NCBI RefSeq assembly: GCF_963921235.1
Contig: NC_086097.1
Span: forward strand, 231,634,001 to 231,698,000
DNA length: 64,000 bases
DNA from: Mobula hypostoma
Lineage: Eukaryota
Reading direction: 5' to 3'
Below are positions 24,301-35,099 of this stretch, in pieces (position 1 is the stretch's first letter; each line of letters begins with the position of its first letter). The notes under the pieces were generated by a model that was given only the letters and a program-made list of their open reading frames with translations, was not told where the DNA came from and did not search any database. A program made the position numbers and the translations under genes.

Positions 24301-27300
24301 ATCAATCTAACCCTTCCCTCCTACAGAGCCCTCCGTTTTTCTATCATCCATATGCCTATCTAAGAATTTCTTAAATGCTCCTCATGTATCTGCCTGTACC
24401 ACCACCCTGCAGGGCGTTCCAAGTCAACACCATTCTCTGTGTGAAAAAACTTACCTCTGACATCAATACCTCTCATCATCTTATACACTTTATAAGGTCA
24501 CCTCTCATCCTCCGTCGCTCCAAGGAGAAAAGGCCAAGTTCACTCAACCTATTCTCATAAGACATGCTCTTCAATCCAGGTAACATCCTTGTAAATCTCC
24601 TCTGCACCCTTTCTATGGTTTCAACCTGCGCAGCTGCTTTGAGTGTCCTATGGACTCGGACTCCAAGATCCCTCTGATCCTCCACACTGCCAAGAGTATT
24701 ACCATTAATAATATATTCTGCCATCATATTTGACCTACCAAAATGAACCTCTTTACACTTATCAGTGTTGAACTCCATCTGCCACTTCTCAGCCCAGTTT
24801 TGCATCTTATCAATGTCTGGCTGTAACCTCTGACAGCCCTCCACACTATCCACAACACCCCCAACCTTTGTGTCATCAGCAAACTTATTAACCCATCCCT
24901 CCACTTCCTCATCTAGATCATTTATAAAAATCACAAAGAGTAAGGGTCCCAGAACAGACCCCTGAGGCACTCCACTGGTGACCGACCTCCATGCAGAATA
25001 TGACCCATCTACAACCACTCTTTGCCTTCTGTGGGCAAGCCAGTTAGGGATCCACAAAGCAATGTCCACTTAGCTCCCATGCCTCCTTACTTTCTCAATA
25101 GCCTTGCATGGGGTACCTTATCAAATGCCTTGTAGAAATCCATATACACTACATCTACTGCTCTTCCTTCATCAATGTGTTTAGTCACATCCTCAAAAAA
25201 TTCAATCAGGCTCGTAAGGCATGACCTGCCCTTGACAAAGCCATGCTGACTATTCCTAATAATATTACACCTCTCCAAATGCCCATAAATCCTGCCTCTC
25301 AGGATCTTCTCCATCAACTTACCAGCCACTGAAGTAAGACTCCCTCGCCTCCCACAGTAGCCTGGGGTACATCTCATCCAGTCCTGGCGATTATCCAACT
25401 TGATGTTTTCCAAAAGCTCCAGCACATCCTCTTTCTTAATATCTACATGCTCAAGCTTTTAAGTCTGCTGCAAGTCATCACTACAATCACCAAGATCTTT
25501 TTCCATAGTGAATACTGAAGTAAAGTATTCATTATGCACCTCTTCTATTTCCTCCGGTTCCATTCACACTTTCCTACTGTCACACTTGATAGGTCCTAAA
25601 TGTGAAAAACTTAATGTGAAAAAGACTAAGGAGCTGGTGGTAGATCTGAGGAGAGCTAAGGCACCGGTGATCCCTGTTTCCATCTGGGGGTCAGTGTGGA
25701 TATGGTGGAGGATTACAAATACCTGGGGATACGAATTGACAATAAGCTGGACTGGTCTAAGAACACTGAGGCTGTCTACAAGAAGGGTCAGAGCCGTCTC
25801 TATTTCCTGAGGAGACTGAGGTCCTTTAACATCTGCCGGACGATGCTGAGGATGTTCTATGAGTCTGTGGTGGCCAGTGCTATCATGTTTGCTGTGGTCT
25901 GCTGGGGCAGCAGGCTGAGGGTAGCAGACACCAACAGAATCAACAAACACATTCGTAAGGCCAGTGATGTTGTGGGGATGGAACTGGACTCTCTCACGGT
26001 GGTGTCTGAAAAGAGGATGCTGTCCAAGTTGCAAGCCATCTTGGACAATGTCTCCCATCCACTACATAATGTACTGGGTGGGCACAGGAGTACATTCAGC
26101 CAGAGACTCATTCCACCGAGATGCAGCACTGAGCGTCATAGGAAGTCATTCCTGCCTGTGGCCATCAAACTTTACAACTCCTCCCTTGGAGGGTCAGACA
26201 CCCTGAGCCGATAGGCTGGTCCTGGACTTATTTCATAATTTACTGGTATAATTTACATATTACTATTTAATTATTTATGTTGTTATTACTATTTAATTAT
26301 CTATGGTGCAACTTTAACGAAAACCAATTTCCCCTGGGATCAATAAAGTATGTCTATGACTCTGACTATTCTTTCATGTCTTATCCTCTTGCTCTTCTCA
26401 TACTTGTAGAATGCATTGGGGTTTTTCTTAATCCTGTCTGCCAAGGCCTTCTCATGGCCCCTTCTGGCTCTCATAATTTTCTTCTTAAGGTCCTTCCTAA
26501 TAACCTTATAATCTTCTAGATCTCTAACATTACCTAGCTCTCTGAACCTTTTGTAAGCTTTTCTTTTCTTCTTGATTAGATTTATTGCAGCCTTTGTACA
26601 CCACGGTCCCTGTACCCTACCATAACTTCCCTGTCTCATTGGAATGTACCTATGGAGAACGCCACACAAATATCCCCTGAATATTAGCCACATTTCTTCC
26701 GTACTTTTCCCTGAGAACATCTGTTTCCAATTTAAGCCTCCATCTTCCTGCCTGATAGCCTCATAATTCCCCTTACTCCAATTAAACACTTTTCTAACTT
26801 GTCTGTTCCTATCTCTCTCCAATGCTATTGTAAAGGAAATAGAATTATGATCACTATCTTCAAAATGCTCTCCCACTGAGAGACCTGACCAGCTTCATTT
26901 CCCAATTCAAGTCAAGTACACCCTCTCCTCTTGTAGGCTTATCTACATATTGTGTCAAGAAACCTTCCTGAATACACCTAACAAACTCCACCCCATCTAA
27001 ACCTCTTGCTCTAGGGAGATGCCAATCGATATTTTGGAAATTAAGATCTCCCATCACGACAACTCTTTTATTATAACACCTTTCCAGGATCTGTTTCCCT
27101 ATCTGCTCCTTGATATCCCTGTTACTATTGGGCGGCCTATAAAAAACACCCAGTAAAGTTATTGACCCCTTCCTGTTCCTAACCTCCACCCACAGAGACT
27201 CCATAGACAACCCCTGCATGGCATCCACTTCTTCTGCAGCCGTGACACTATCTCTGACCAACAGTGCCACACCCCCACCTCTTTTGCCTCCCTTTTAGAA

Positions 27301-27650
27301 ACATCTAAAACCCAGCACTTGAAGTAACCATTCCTGTCCCTGAGCCATCCAAGTCTCCGTAATGGCCACCACATCATATCTCCAAGTACTGAACCATGCT
27401 CTAACCTCATCCGCTTTGTTCACAACACTCCTTGCATTAAAATAGACATCTCAAACCTTCGGTCTGAGCGTGTCCCTTCTCTATCACCTGCCTATCCTGC
27501 CTCTCGCACTGTCTACAAGCTTTCTCTATTTGTGAGCCAACCTCCTCTTCCACTGTCTCTTCAGTTTGGTTCCCACCGCCCAACAATTCTAGTTTAAACT
27601 CTACCCAGTAGCCTTAGCAAACCTCCCCGCCAGGATATTGGTCCCCCTGG
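24300..27650 (-). mobile_element. Long, internally deleted CR1 LINE (endonuclease to RT), interrupted by Rex1-B
   Basis: GVFYRPPNS, VMGDLN, DSDHNSI (APE); [28 protein letters not shown] (RT). Confidence 0.9.
25608..26368 (+). mobile_element. Rex1 lineage B LINE 3' fragment
   Basis: ORF 25696-26214 YKYLG..KKGQSRLYFLRRLRSF; tail GGATCAATAAAGTATGTCTATGAC. Confidence 0.9.
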
Positions 27651-27934
27651 AAACAAATTGCCAGAGGATGTGGTTGAAACAGATACAATAATCACATTTA
27701 CAAGTTACTTGGACTGGTATGTGTTTAGGAAAGGGTTTATGGTCCAAATGCAGGTAAACGGGACTATTTGACAATGTATGGACTCTGGTTGATTATTCGA
27801 CACCAGACAGAGGAAGAGCATAATCATCCGAGTGAACTGAATAAATTTACTTCCTAAATGGTTACACTTGAAGTTGACTTGCTGAGCTTTTTGTTGTGTT
27901 TATTTGAAATAATTTCAATTACAGTTTCTTTCTT

Positions 27935-28170
27935 CAGTTAAGGAAATATCCTGGTTGTTACTTGTCCCCTAATCAACATTCCTGGAAAGAGATTTTCTGT
28001 GCATTCTCACGTTGTTTGTGGGGTCTGGCCCTCTGCAAATTAGCTGCAACATTTCCGACATTACACCAGTGACTGCACTTCAAAAGTGTCTCCTAGACTG
28101 TAAAGTACTTTGGAATATTCTGAAAGATACATAGGAGGTGCTAGATACCCAAGGTTTCTGTTTCTTTTTA
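27935..28170 (+). mobile_element. Ancient DeuSINE (SacSINE1-like) 3' remnant
   Basis: CAAATTAGCTGC..ACATTACACCAGTGACTGCACTTCAAAAG..CTGTAAAGTACTTTGG resembles the Deu domain and L2-type tail (recognised from memory). Confidence 0.55.
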
Positions 28171-28471
28171 ATTCTGTGCTGGAGTCCAATACAGTACCCC
28201 AGCAATTATCCTTCATGTGGAAGTCTTTGTATTTTGTCAAATTGCAAACATTTAGAACTGCGCAGGCAAGCAAGTCTTTATCACTTTGTGGGTTCACCGA
28301 CTTGAATAGCTCTGAAATCCGTCCACATATTTTCCTTATGCCCTCATTACTTTGGTTGAGGAGTCACAGGGAATTACTTTCCACTTTGTCACAAACCAAT
28401 TCGTTTTGCACATTCCCCTTTGGGGTTTATTTCAAAACAAAACTTTATTCATAAAAAATATGCAGTGAACT

Positions 28472-28940
28472 TAGGAGATTGTCACCTTGGGGTGGTGGAG
28501 AGACTTCTGAGCACCTGAGAGTGTTGCGATTTTTAGTTTAGCCATCTTGCACTTACCTCTCGGTGTGTTAAACCTGTTGGCGGTAAGGTCAAGGGCGTGG
28601 TTCTGAACCAAGGGCGACCAAACTAAGGGCTCAGCGGTGGAGCTGGCGGAAGATGACGTCACAGCACAACGACGGTGAAGGTGGAGGAAGGCTGCTCCAG
28701 TTGTCTTGCACTCCATGTCACTGGACCCCGACCCTAATCTGTCAACTACAGTGAACATGGTGGCTATCCGTGCATGAGCCTCGTCACATTAAACAAAGTC
28801 ACGCACAGACGTTCTCCTTTCAGGGAATCCACCCTAACATCCTGGTTATGTGGCTCCCTGATCAACCTTTAAAGCCACCCGAGGGCTGACTAATATACAA
28901 CGCTTTTGGAGGACGTCACTCAACTCGAGTGATCGCACGG
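28472..28940 (+). mobile_element. RTE-5'-UTR-derived non-autonomous element related to 3978-4397
   Basis: Shared blocks GTCACCTTG..GGTGGAGA, TGGCGGTAAGGTC, CGGTGGA..GGCGGA, GTGAAGG.GGA.GAAGGCT, TTAAACAAA....GCACAG. Confidence 0.6.
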
Positions 28941-28969
28941 TTACTACCTAACAATGATGTAGTTTTTTA

Positions 28970-29480
28970 TGTAGTTCCCCAACCATATTGCAGCCACCAC
29001 CCTGTGACCAGACATTGTCCTTGTGTCTGAGTCTACTAAGCAAGTGGTGCTGCTGGAGCTGACAGTCGCATGGGAAGATCGCTTGGAAGAGGCCTTTGAA
29101 AGGAAGCTCTCCAAGTACGCAGGACTGGTCAGCAACTGTCAGCAGGCTGGATGGAGAGCGAGGTGTCTCCCAGTGGAGGTTGCTTGTAGGGGATTCACAG
29201 CCTGTTCCTTAGCTATAGCCTTCAGCAATTTGGGCATCGAGGGAGAGAGGAAGAGGAGAGCCATCCTCAGTACCACCGATGTGGCAGAGAGGGCCTCAAG
29301 ATGGCTGTGGCTAAAAAGAGGGGAGCCATGGAGTCATAAGTAGCTAGCCATCTGGACACAAGCTGGGGTCTGATCAGCCCCGGCTGGGTCACCTGGAGGA
29401 GGTCGTATGATGTTGAAAGACCTGAAACACCCGATGATTCCAGGAACATCACTGAAGATGTGTCCAGAGGCATCAGTAGA
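28970..29480 (+). mobile_element. HERO-like restriction-endonuclease non-LTR retrotransposon 3' end
   Basis: TL*PDIVLVSESTKQVVLLELTVAWEDRLEEAFERKLSKY...VEVACRGF...AERASRWLWLKR (PD..E..K nuclease) plus structured 3' UTR. Confidence 0.85.
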
Positions 29481-29823
29481 TGTATGTACACAACAATGAA
29501 TACAGAACAATGCATGGCTTTCTTTATATTCATAATCTTTTCAGGTCAATATATTCATGTTATTAAGTCAATATATATTCTATTTACAAGGCACCGGTGT
29601 CTCTGATGTAGCTTCTTTGAACAATATACCCATCAAATACAGTGTATGAAGGGTTGTGACCCTTCAAATCCTGTTATGCAGCTGCTTCGGACAAACCTCC
29701 AGACGAACTTTTGCATCCAGGACTTTCTTTGCAAGTGCACTGTTCACAAGGACATAGATGATCGTCTAGTCCTCACCAATGTGCGGTGTCTATGTAGGAA
29801 GGATCAGATGGAAAGAGACCCTC

Positions 29824-30310
29824 TCAAGTCAAGTCATGTCAAGTTTACTGTCACTTAACTATATGCATGTATGCCGTCAAATGAGACAATGTTTCTCTGA
29901 ACCAGCGTGCAAAGCTCAATAGTACATGTGACACATAATAACTTATGAAGGTAAGGATAAAAACCTATAGATGGATTACACAGAAATAAACAAACTAATG
30001 TGCATAAATTAAATATTGTAAGGTACAGAGCAGATTAGCTGGTGACACTTTGAATGTGGGAGTCCAGAAGCCTAATGGCCTGGGGGAGAAACTGTTTCCC
30101 ATCCCGACCGTTTCTGTTTTTTATGCATCGGAGTCTCCTGGTTGATGGGAGAAAGTCAAAGAGGATGCTGGATGGGATCCTTAATAATGCTAAGAGCCCT
30201 ACGTATGCAGCGCTCCTGATAAGTGTCCCCGATTGAAGGTAGGGAGACCCCTGTGATCCTCTCAGTCTTTTGTAGGGACCTCTGGTCCAATGCTCAGCTG
30301 CACCCGTACC
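29824..30310 (-). mobile_element. Rex1-type LINE 3' fragment
   Basis: TCAAG repeats at the tail; antisense NSFSPQAIRLL region. Confidence 0.6.
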
Positions 30311-30771
30311 GGACTAAGTCAAAAGATATTCACCTCTAACCTGGATTTCTTCTGGTTGAGATATCTCCAAGCCCTTTGGTTTCCTGTCTCCCCATCCCCA
30401 AGAATGGCTGGTGGAATCTGAGGGAGTTGATAGAATGTGGGATCAAAGCAGGATTAGTATTAACGGGTACTTGAGTATTCGTGTGGACTCTGTGGGTCAA
30501 AGGGCCTTTTCAGTGCTGTGGGACTATCCAACATCTCTAAACCTCTGCCAGTTCTAGTCATAGGTCATAAATTTGAAGTGTTGACTCAGATTACAACAGT
30601 CCTAGGGAACCAGGCCACCGATGGATATCTTTGGGAAGCGGTTATCTTTCTCTTACATGGCTTCACAGAAGTTGAGATCTCGTTCAGAGTGGTCAGAGAA
30701 GCCCAAAAGGCAGACAGTTAGGAGGAGGTAGAGACACAAGAGATAACAGCTTCTGGAGGAACAAACAAAAG

Positions 30772-31424
30772 GCCATAAGACCACAGGACAATGGCGCAGA
30801 ACTCAGCCATTCGGCCCATTGAATCTCCTCTGCCATTCAATCATGGCTGATTTATTTTTCCTCTCAATCCCATTCTCCTTCTTCTCTCTCTAACCTTTGA
30901 CACCCTTATTGGACCTATCAATCTCTGCTTTAGATAGACCGGCTGACTAGGCCTTCACTGCTGTCTGTGGCAAAGGATTCAGCCAATTGGCTAAAGAGAT
31001 TCCTCCATATCTCTCTTCTGAAAGGATGTCCTTTTATTCTGAGGCCTTACTGTCTGGTCTTAGACTCTCCCACTAAAGGAAGCATTCCCTCCATCCAGTT
31101 CTGTTAATAATCAGTACATTTCAATGAGAATTCCCCCCCCCACCCTTATTCTTCTAAACTAGTGAATACAGGTCCAGAATCATCAAATCCTCTTCATGCA
31201 TTAACTTTCTCATCACAAGGATCATTTTTTGTAAACCTCCTCTTGGTCTTTTTCAACACCAGCACGTTCTTCCTCAGATATAGGGCCCAAACCTGCCCAC
31301 TATATTCCAAGTGTCATCTGACCAATGTCTTATAAAGCCTCAGCATTTGATCCTTGCTTTTATATTCTAGTCCTCTCGAAATGAATGTTAAAATTGCATT
31401 CACCTTCCTTAATACTGACTCAAA
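30772..31424 (-). mobile_element. Decayed CR1 3' fragment
   Basis: CCATAAGACC tail; antisense TLVR..LEY..QVWAL. Confidence 0.7.
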
Positions 31425-31460
31425 CCAATTTCCCCCAGGATCAATAAAGTATGACTACTG

Positions 31461-31510
<50 letters not shown>
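31423..31510 (+). repeat. Rex1-B tail expanded into a (CTA)n microsatellite
   Basis: AACCAATTTCCCCCAGGATCAATAAAGTATGACT followed by a long CTA run. Confidence 0.85.
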
Positions 31511-31935
31511 CCCTTAAACCTATGCTAATTATCAGTGACTCTAACATCCCCAGGATTAAAAGGAGCCCAAATGAGGTGCCAAATTAATTCAAGTCACCGC
31601 TACCCTGGAGCAGATAGAGTCTCTGCGAAAAACTAAAAAGGTTATGCTCTCCCTTGGTATAAAAGATAAATAATAGATCACAAAGACCCTAGGCAGCTAC
31701 TAAATAACTTCAGGGACCATTAAAAATTCCTTAATGCCGATATTTGGGTCCTAGAAATAAACTTCAGTCAGGCACTGTCACAGCCAGAATAGGTAACTTT
31801 GAGGCAGCTAAACGATTACATTAAAACTAACCAGGAATTCCAGCTAGGCACTTTAGAGTAAGCCCAGGCTGTATCCACTGGGTGGAGAACACAGCCTTAA
31901 CCATGGTCAAAACGTGGATGCAGTCTTTAAACTAG
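31510..31935 (+). pseudogene. Frameshifted SGNH/GDSL hydrolase ORF, probably retroelement (PLE)-borne
   Basis: Manual translation across frames: KPMLIISDSNIPRI / YPGA / KVMLSLGI..INNRSQ / FLNADIWVLEINFSQAL..LRQLNDYI / GCIHWVENTALTMVKTWMQSLN*. Confidence 0.7.
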
Positions 31936-32221
31936 AGTGGAAACAAAGCTGAAAGAGGCAAGATCTACGACTGCAAAACTCCACTAAGAACAGGTCCAGA
32001 AGGATGTGGCTAAATTCTTCAAGGAAAAAGAGCAATGAGGAAATGAATTGAAATATCACAAACCTACTCGACATATGATCTAAACCATTATCTAGGCCTA
32101 AAAATGAATAAACTAAGCCTAATAACCTAGGCTTGAAAAATAAACCTACTCCTCAAATGGTCTCAGCTAGACTTAATCATTTGGTCTAAGCAAACAGATC
32201 TATTCTCCAAATGGTCTAAAC

Positions 32222-32302
32222 CAGGGTTTCCCAAACTTTTTTATGCCATGGATCCCAACCATTAACCAAAGTGTCCGTGGACACCCAGGTTGGGAACCCT
32301 TG
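32222..32302. mobile_element. hAT MITE, copy of 1856-1934
   Basis: CAGGGTTTCCCAAAC...GGTTGGGAACCCTTG. Confidence 0.65.
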
Positions 32303-32439
32303 AGAACGAAGCCTAATAACTAGGTGTAAAAATACTGATCAGATCTATGAAATTAGAGCATTGAGAATAGGGCGACATGCCTTTTCATACTCACATTCAT
32401 AGACAATGAGCTAGTGTTAAGTTACATTGTTTAATACCA

Positions 32440-33010
32440 ATAGGTCCATTGCCACTCACGTGGCTCTCTGGGGTGGTATGTGACTACAATAATTGAGGGG
32501 TTTCCTTACCCAAACCTGACGCATCCTTGTCTTATACTGTTGTTCCTCCCCACCCAGCTCTTGTGGTGGAGTCACCAAGCTTCAATGCATCCTGCAGCAA
32601 TTCCTCCTGCGGTCTGGACTGTGCCCCTCAGCAAGTCCTCCTGCGGTCTGGACTGTGCCCCTCAGTAGCATTCTTCTATGGTTATCTCATTGTGCTGGGA
32701 GAACGAAGGCCATCTTTCACCGCACTGAATATCTTCCAGCAGTACCCAACGTCCGACTCTCTGCGTATCTTTGCGAGCAGCCCGCAGATCAGAGTCCTCT
32801 GTCACGCAGCAGTTCAGGATGAACTGTGACACAGGCCCTTGCACCTATCTCCATGCTCTCTTCGCAAACCCACGGCCTGCGAATGGCTTTCGTAGGTGTC
32901 CTCCGCAAGCAAATATTTTGTTGCATTAAGTACCTTGTGGCTCCATCTGTGTGTCACTCACTCTGACTGAATCCTTTTAATGCAACCGACTCCAGAGCCT
33001 GCTTTTACTT
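32440..33010 (-). mobile_element. Tx1-clade LINE ORF2 C-terminus with an internal 34-bp tandem duplication
   Basis: Minus translation FAKRAWR*VQGPVSQFILNCCVTEDS...LQDALKLGDSTTRAGWGGTTV* (stop at 32532-32534). Confidence 0.65.
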
Positions 33011-33275
33011 TTCATTCCTCAGTTCCTACTTCACCAAAGTGAATCAAGTGACTGCACTGGAGTGTTTGTGCAGCTGTCACTGGAAAACACAAGATGAATG
33101 CCCATGTAATTCCATGCAGATCTCATCCCCTCATGCTGAGCTGCGGGAGCAGGGGTATCTGTTCTTGTGTGATGCTTGTCCATTCCTCTGCTGAGCTTCA
33201 CAGCATCATTCAAAGGAGAGGATAGTAGAGGGGCCAAGTCCAGTGTAAGAGCCTCTTAAACACTTGAGGAATATA

Positions 33276-33840
33276 TACTCGGTGGACACTTCATTAGGTA
33301 CTTCCTGCACCTAATAAAATGGCCACTGAGTGTATGTTTATGTGGATACCTGCTGCTGTAGCCCATCCACTTCAAGTTTCGACATCTTGTGTGTTCAGAG
33401 ATGCTCTTCCACTCACCACATTGTAATGGATGGTTATTTGAGTTACTGTTGCCTTCCTGTCAGCTTGAACCAGTCTGGCATTTCTCCTCTGACCTCTCTC
33501 ATTAACAAGACATTTTTGCCCACCGAACTGTTGCTCATTGGATTTTTTTTTTGTTTTTTTTTACACCATTCTCTGTAAACTCTAGAGACTGTTGTGCAAG
33601 AACATCCCAGGAGATCAGCAGTTTCTGAGATACTCAAACCACCCCATCTGGCACCAACAAACATTCCACTCTCAAAGTCACTGGGATCACATTTCCTCCC
33701 CATTTTGATGTTTGGTCTGAATAACAACTGAACCCCTTGACCATGTCTGCATGCTTTTATGCATTGAGTTACTGCCACTTGATTGGCTGATTAGATATTT
33801 ACATTAACAAGTAGGTGTACCTACTAAAGTGGATTGATTG
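33276..33840 (-). mobile_element. Internally deleted Tc1 element retaining only the DNA-binding N-terminus
   Basis: MGRKCDPSDFESGMFVGARWGGLSISETADLLG.S.TTVSRVYREW; TIRs like CACTCAGTGGCCACTTTATTAGGTAC, TA flanks. Confidence 0.8.
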
Positions 33841-33844
33841 TAGA

Positions 33845-34285
33845 TCCCTAGATATAGATCCCTCAAAGTTGCCATGCAAGTTGATAGGGTTCTGAAGAAG
33901 GTATATGATGTGTTGGCTTTCATTAGTTGGGGGATTGAGTTCAAGAGCTGCCGTGCAATATTGCAGCTCTTTAAAACCCTGGTTAACCACATTTGGAATA
34001 TTGTGCTTCATTCTAGTCACCTCATTATAGGAAGGATGGTGGAAGCTTTGGAGAGAGTGAAGAGGAGATTTACTAGGATATTGCTTGGATTAGAGGTCAG
34101 GATAAGTTGAATGAGCTTGGACCTTCTTCTTTGAATAAAAGGGGATGAGAGGTTACTTGATAGAGATGATAAGAGGCAGTGATCAAGTGGATAGTCAGAT
34201 ACTTTTCTCTAGGGTAGAAATGGAGGAAAGTAAAAGGGAGATGTTAGAGTTAAATTTTTTACACAGAGTGGAGAGTGCATACTAA
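33845..34285 (+). mobile_element. Decayed CR1 fragment
   Basis: QVDRVLKK..LAFI..GIEFKS, LERVKRRFTR. Confidence 0.7.
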
Positions 34286-35099
34286 CATTACCAATGCATA
34301 GACCGAACCATACCCAGAATTAGAATCAGTCTGTTTTACTGGCAGCAGGTTAGTGGAAGATATAAAAGAATGTTTATGAGTTACAATTAAAAAAAGGTAA
34401 AATAAGTAAACAATGGAAAATAGCATTCATGGGTTTATGGACCATTCAGAAATTTGATGGTGGAGGGGAAGAAGCTGTTCCTAATACATTGAGTGTGTGC
34501 CTTCAGGCTCTTGTACCTCCCCCCCCCCCGATGGTAGTAATGAGAAGAGGGCAGGTCCCAGAATGTGAGGGCCTTTAATGGTTGATGCTGCATCCATGAG
34601 GCACTTCTCTTTGAAGATATCCTTGCTGGTAGAGATGGAGCTGAAAGTTGGAGGCCTGTTGTCTGTGAGTCTGAGAGTAGTAAATCTGTGGAAGGCTCTG
34701 CCACAGACAAGTCGTGGAGGCCAAGACGGTGGGTATATTTAAAGCAAAAATTGATCATTTCCTGATCAGTCAGGGCATCAAAGGTTATGACGGGAAAGCA
34801 GGTGTATGTGGTTGAGTGGGCTCCGGAATCAGCCATGATGGAGTGGTGGAACAGACTTGATGGGCTGAATGGCCTAATTCTGCTACTATGTTTTATGGTC
34901 TTATGGAGAGTCTAGGACCAGAGATTAGAGATTTGGAAACCCAGAGGCGGCCTGCCCAGAGGTTGGAGGCCTGCTGTGTGTGTGAGTCGATGGTTGGGTG
35001 GGAGTGTAGGAAAGGGGCTTGTTCTACTGTTGTTTTATTTTGTTGTTGTTGCTTGTTATCTCCTGGGAATTGTGGGCATGCTACACAGGCATCAGAATG

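Noticed and set aside
29646..29858. Cys-rich 70-aa ORF as a host exon
   Set aside because: No recognisable domain, no convincing donor, and it runs into a LINE tail.
32595..32665. CRISPR-like repeat
   Set aside because: Two adjacent units with no spacer, inside a LINE in a vertebrate genome.
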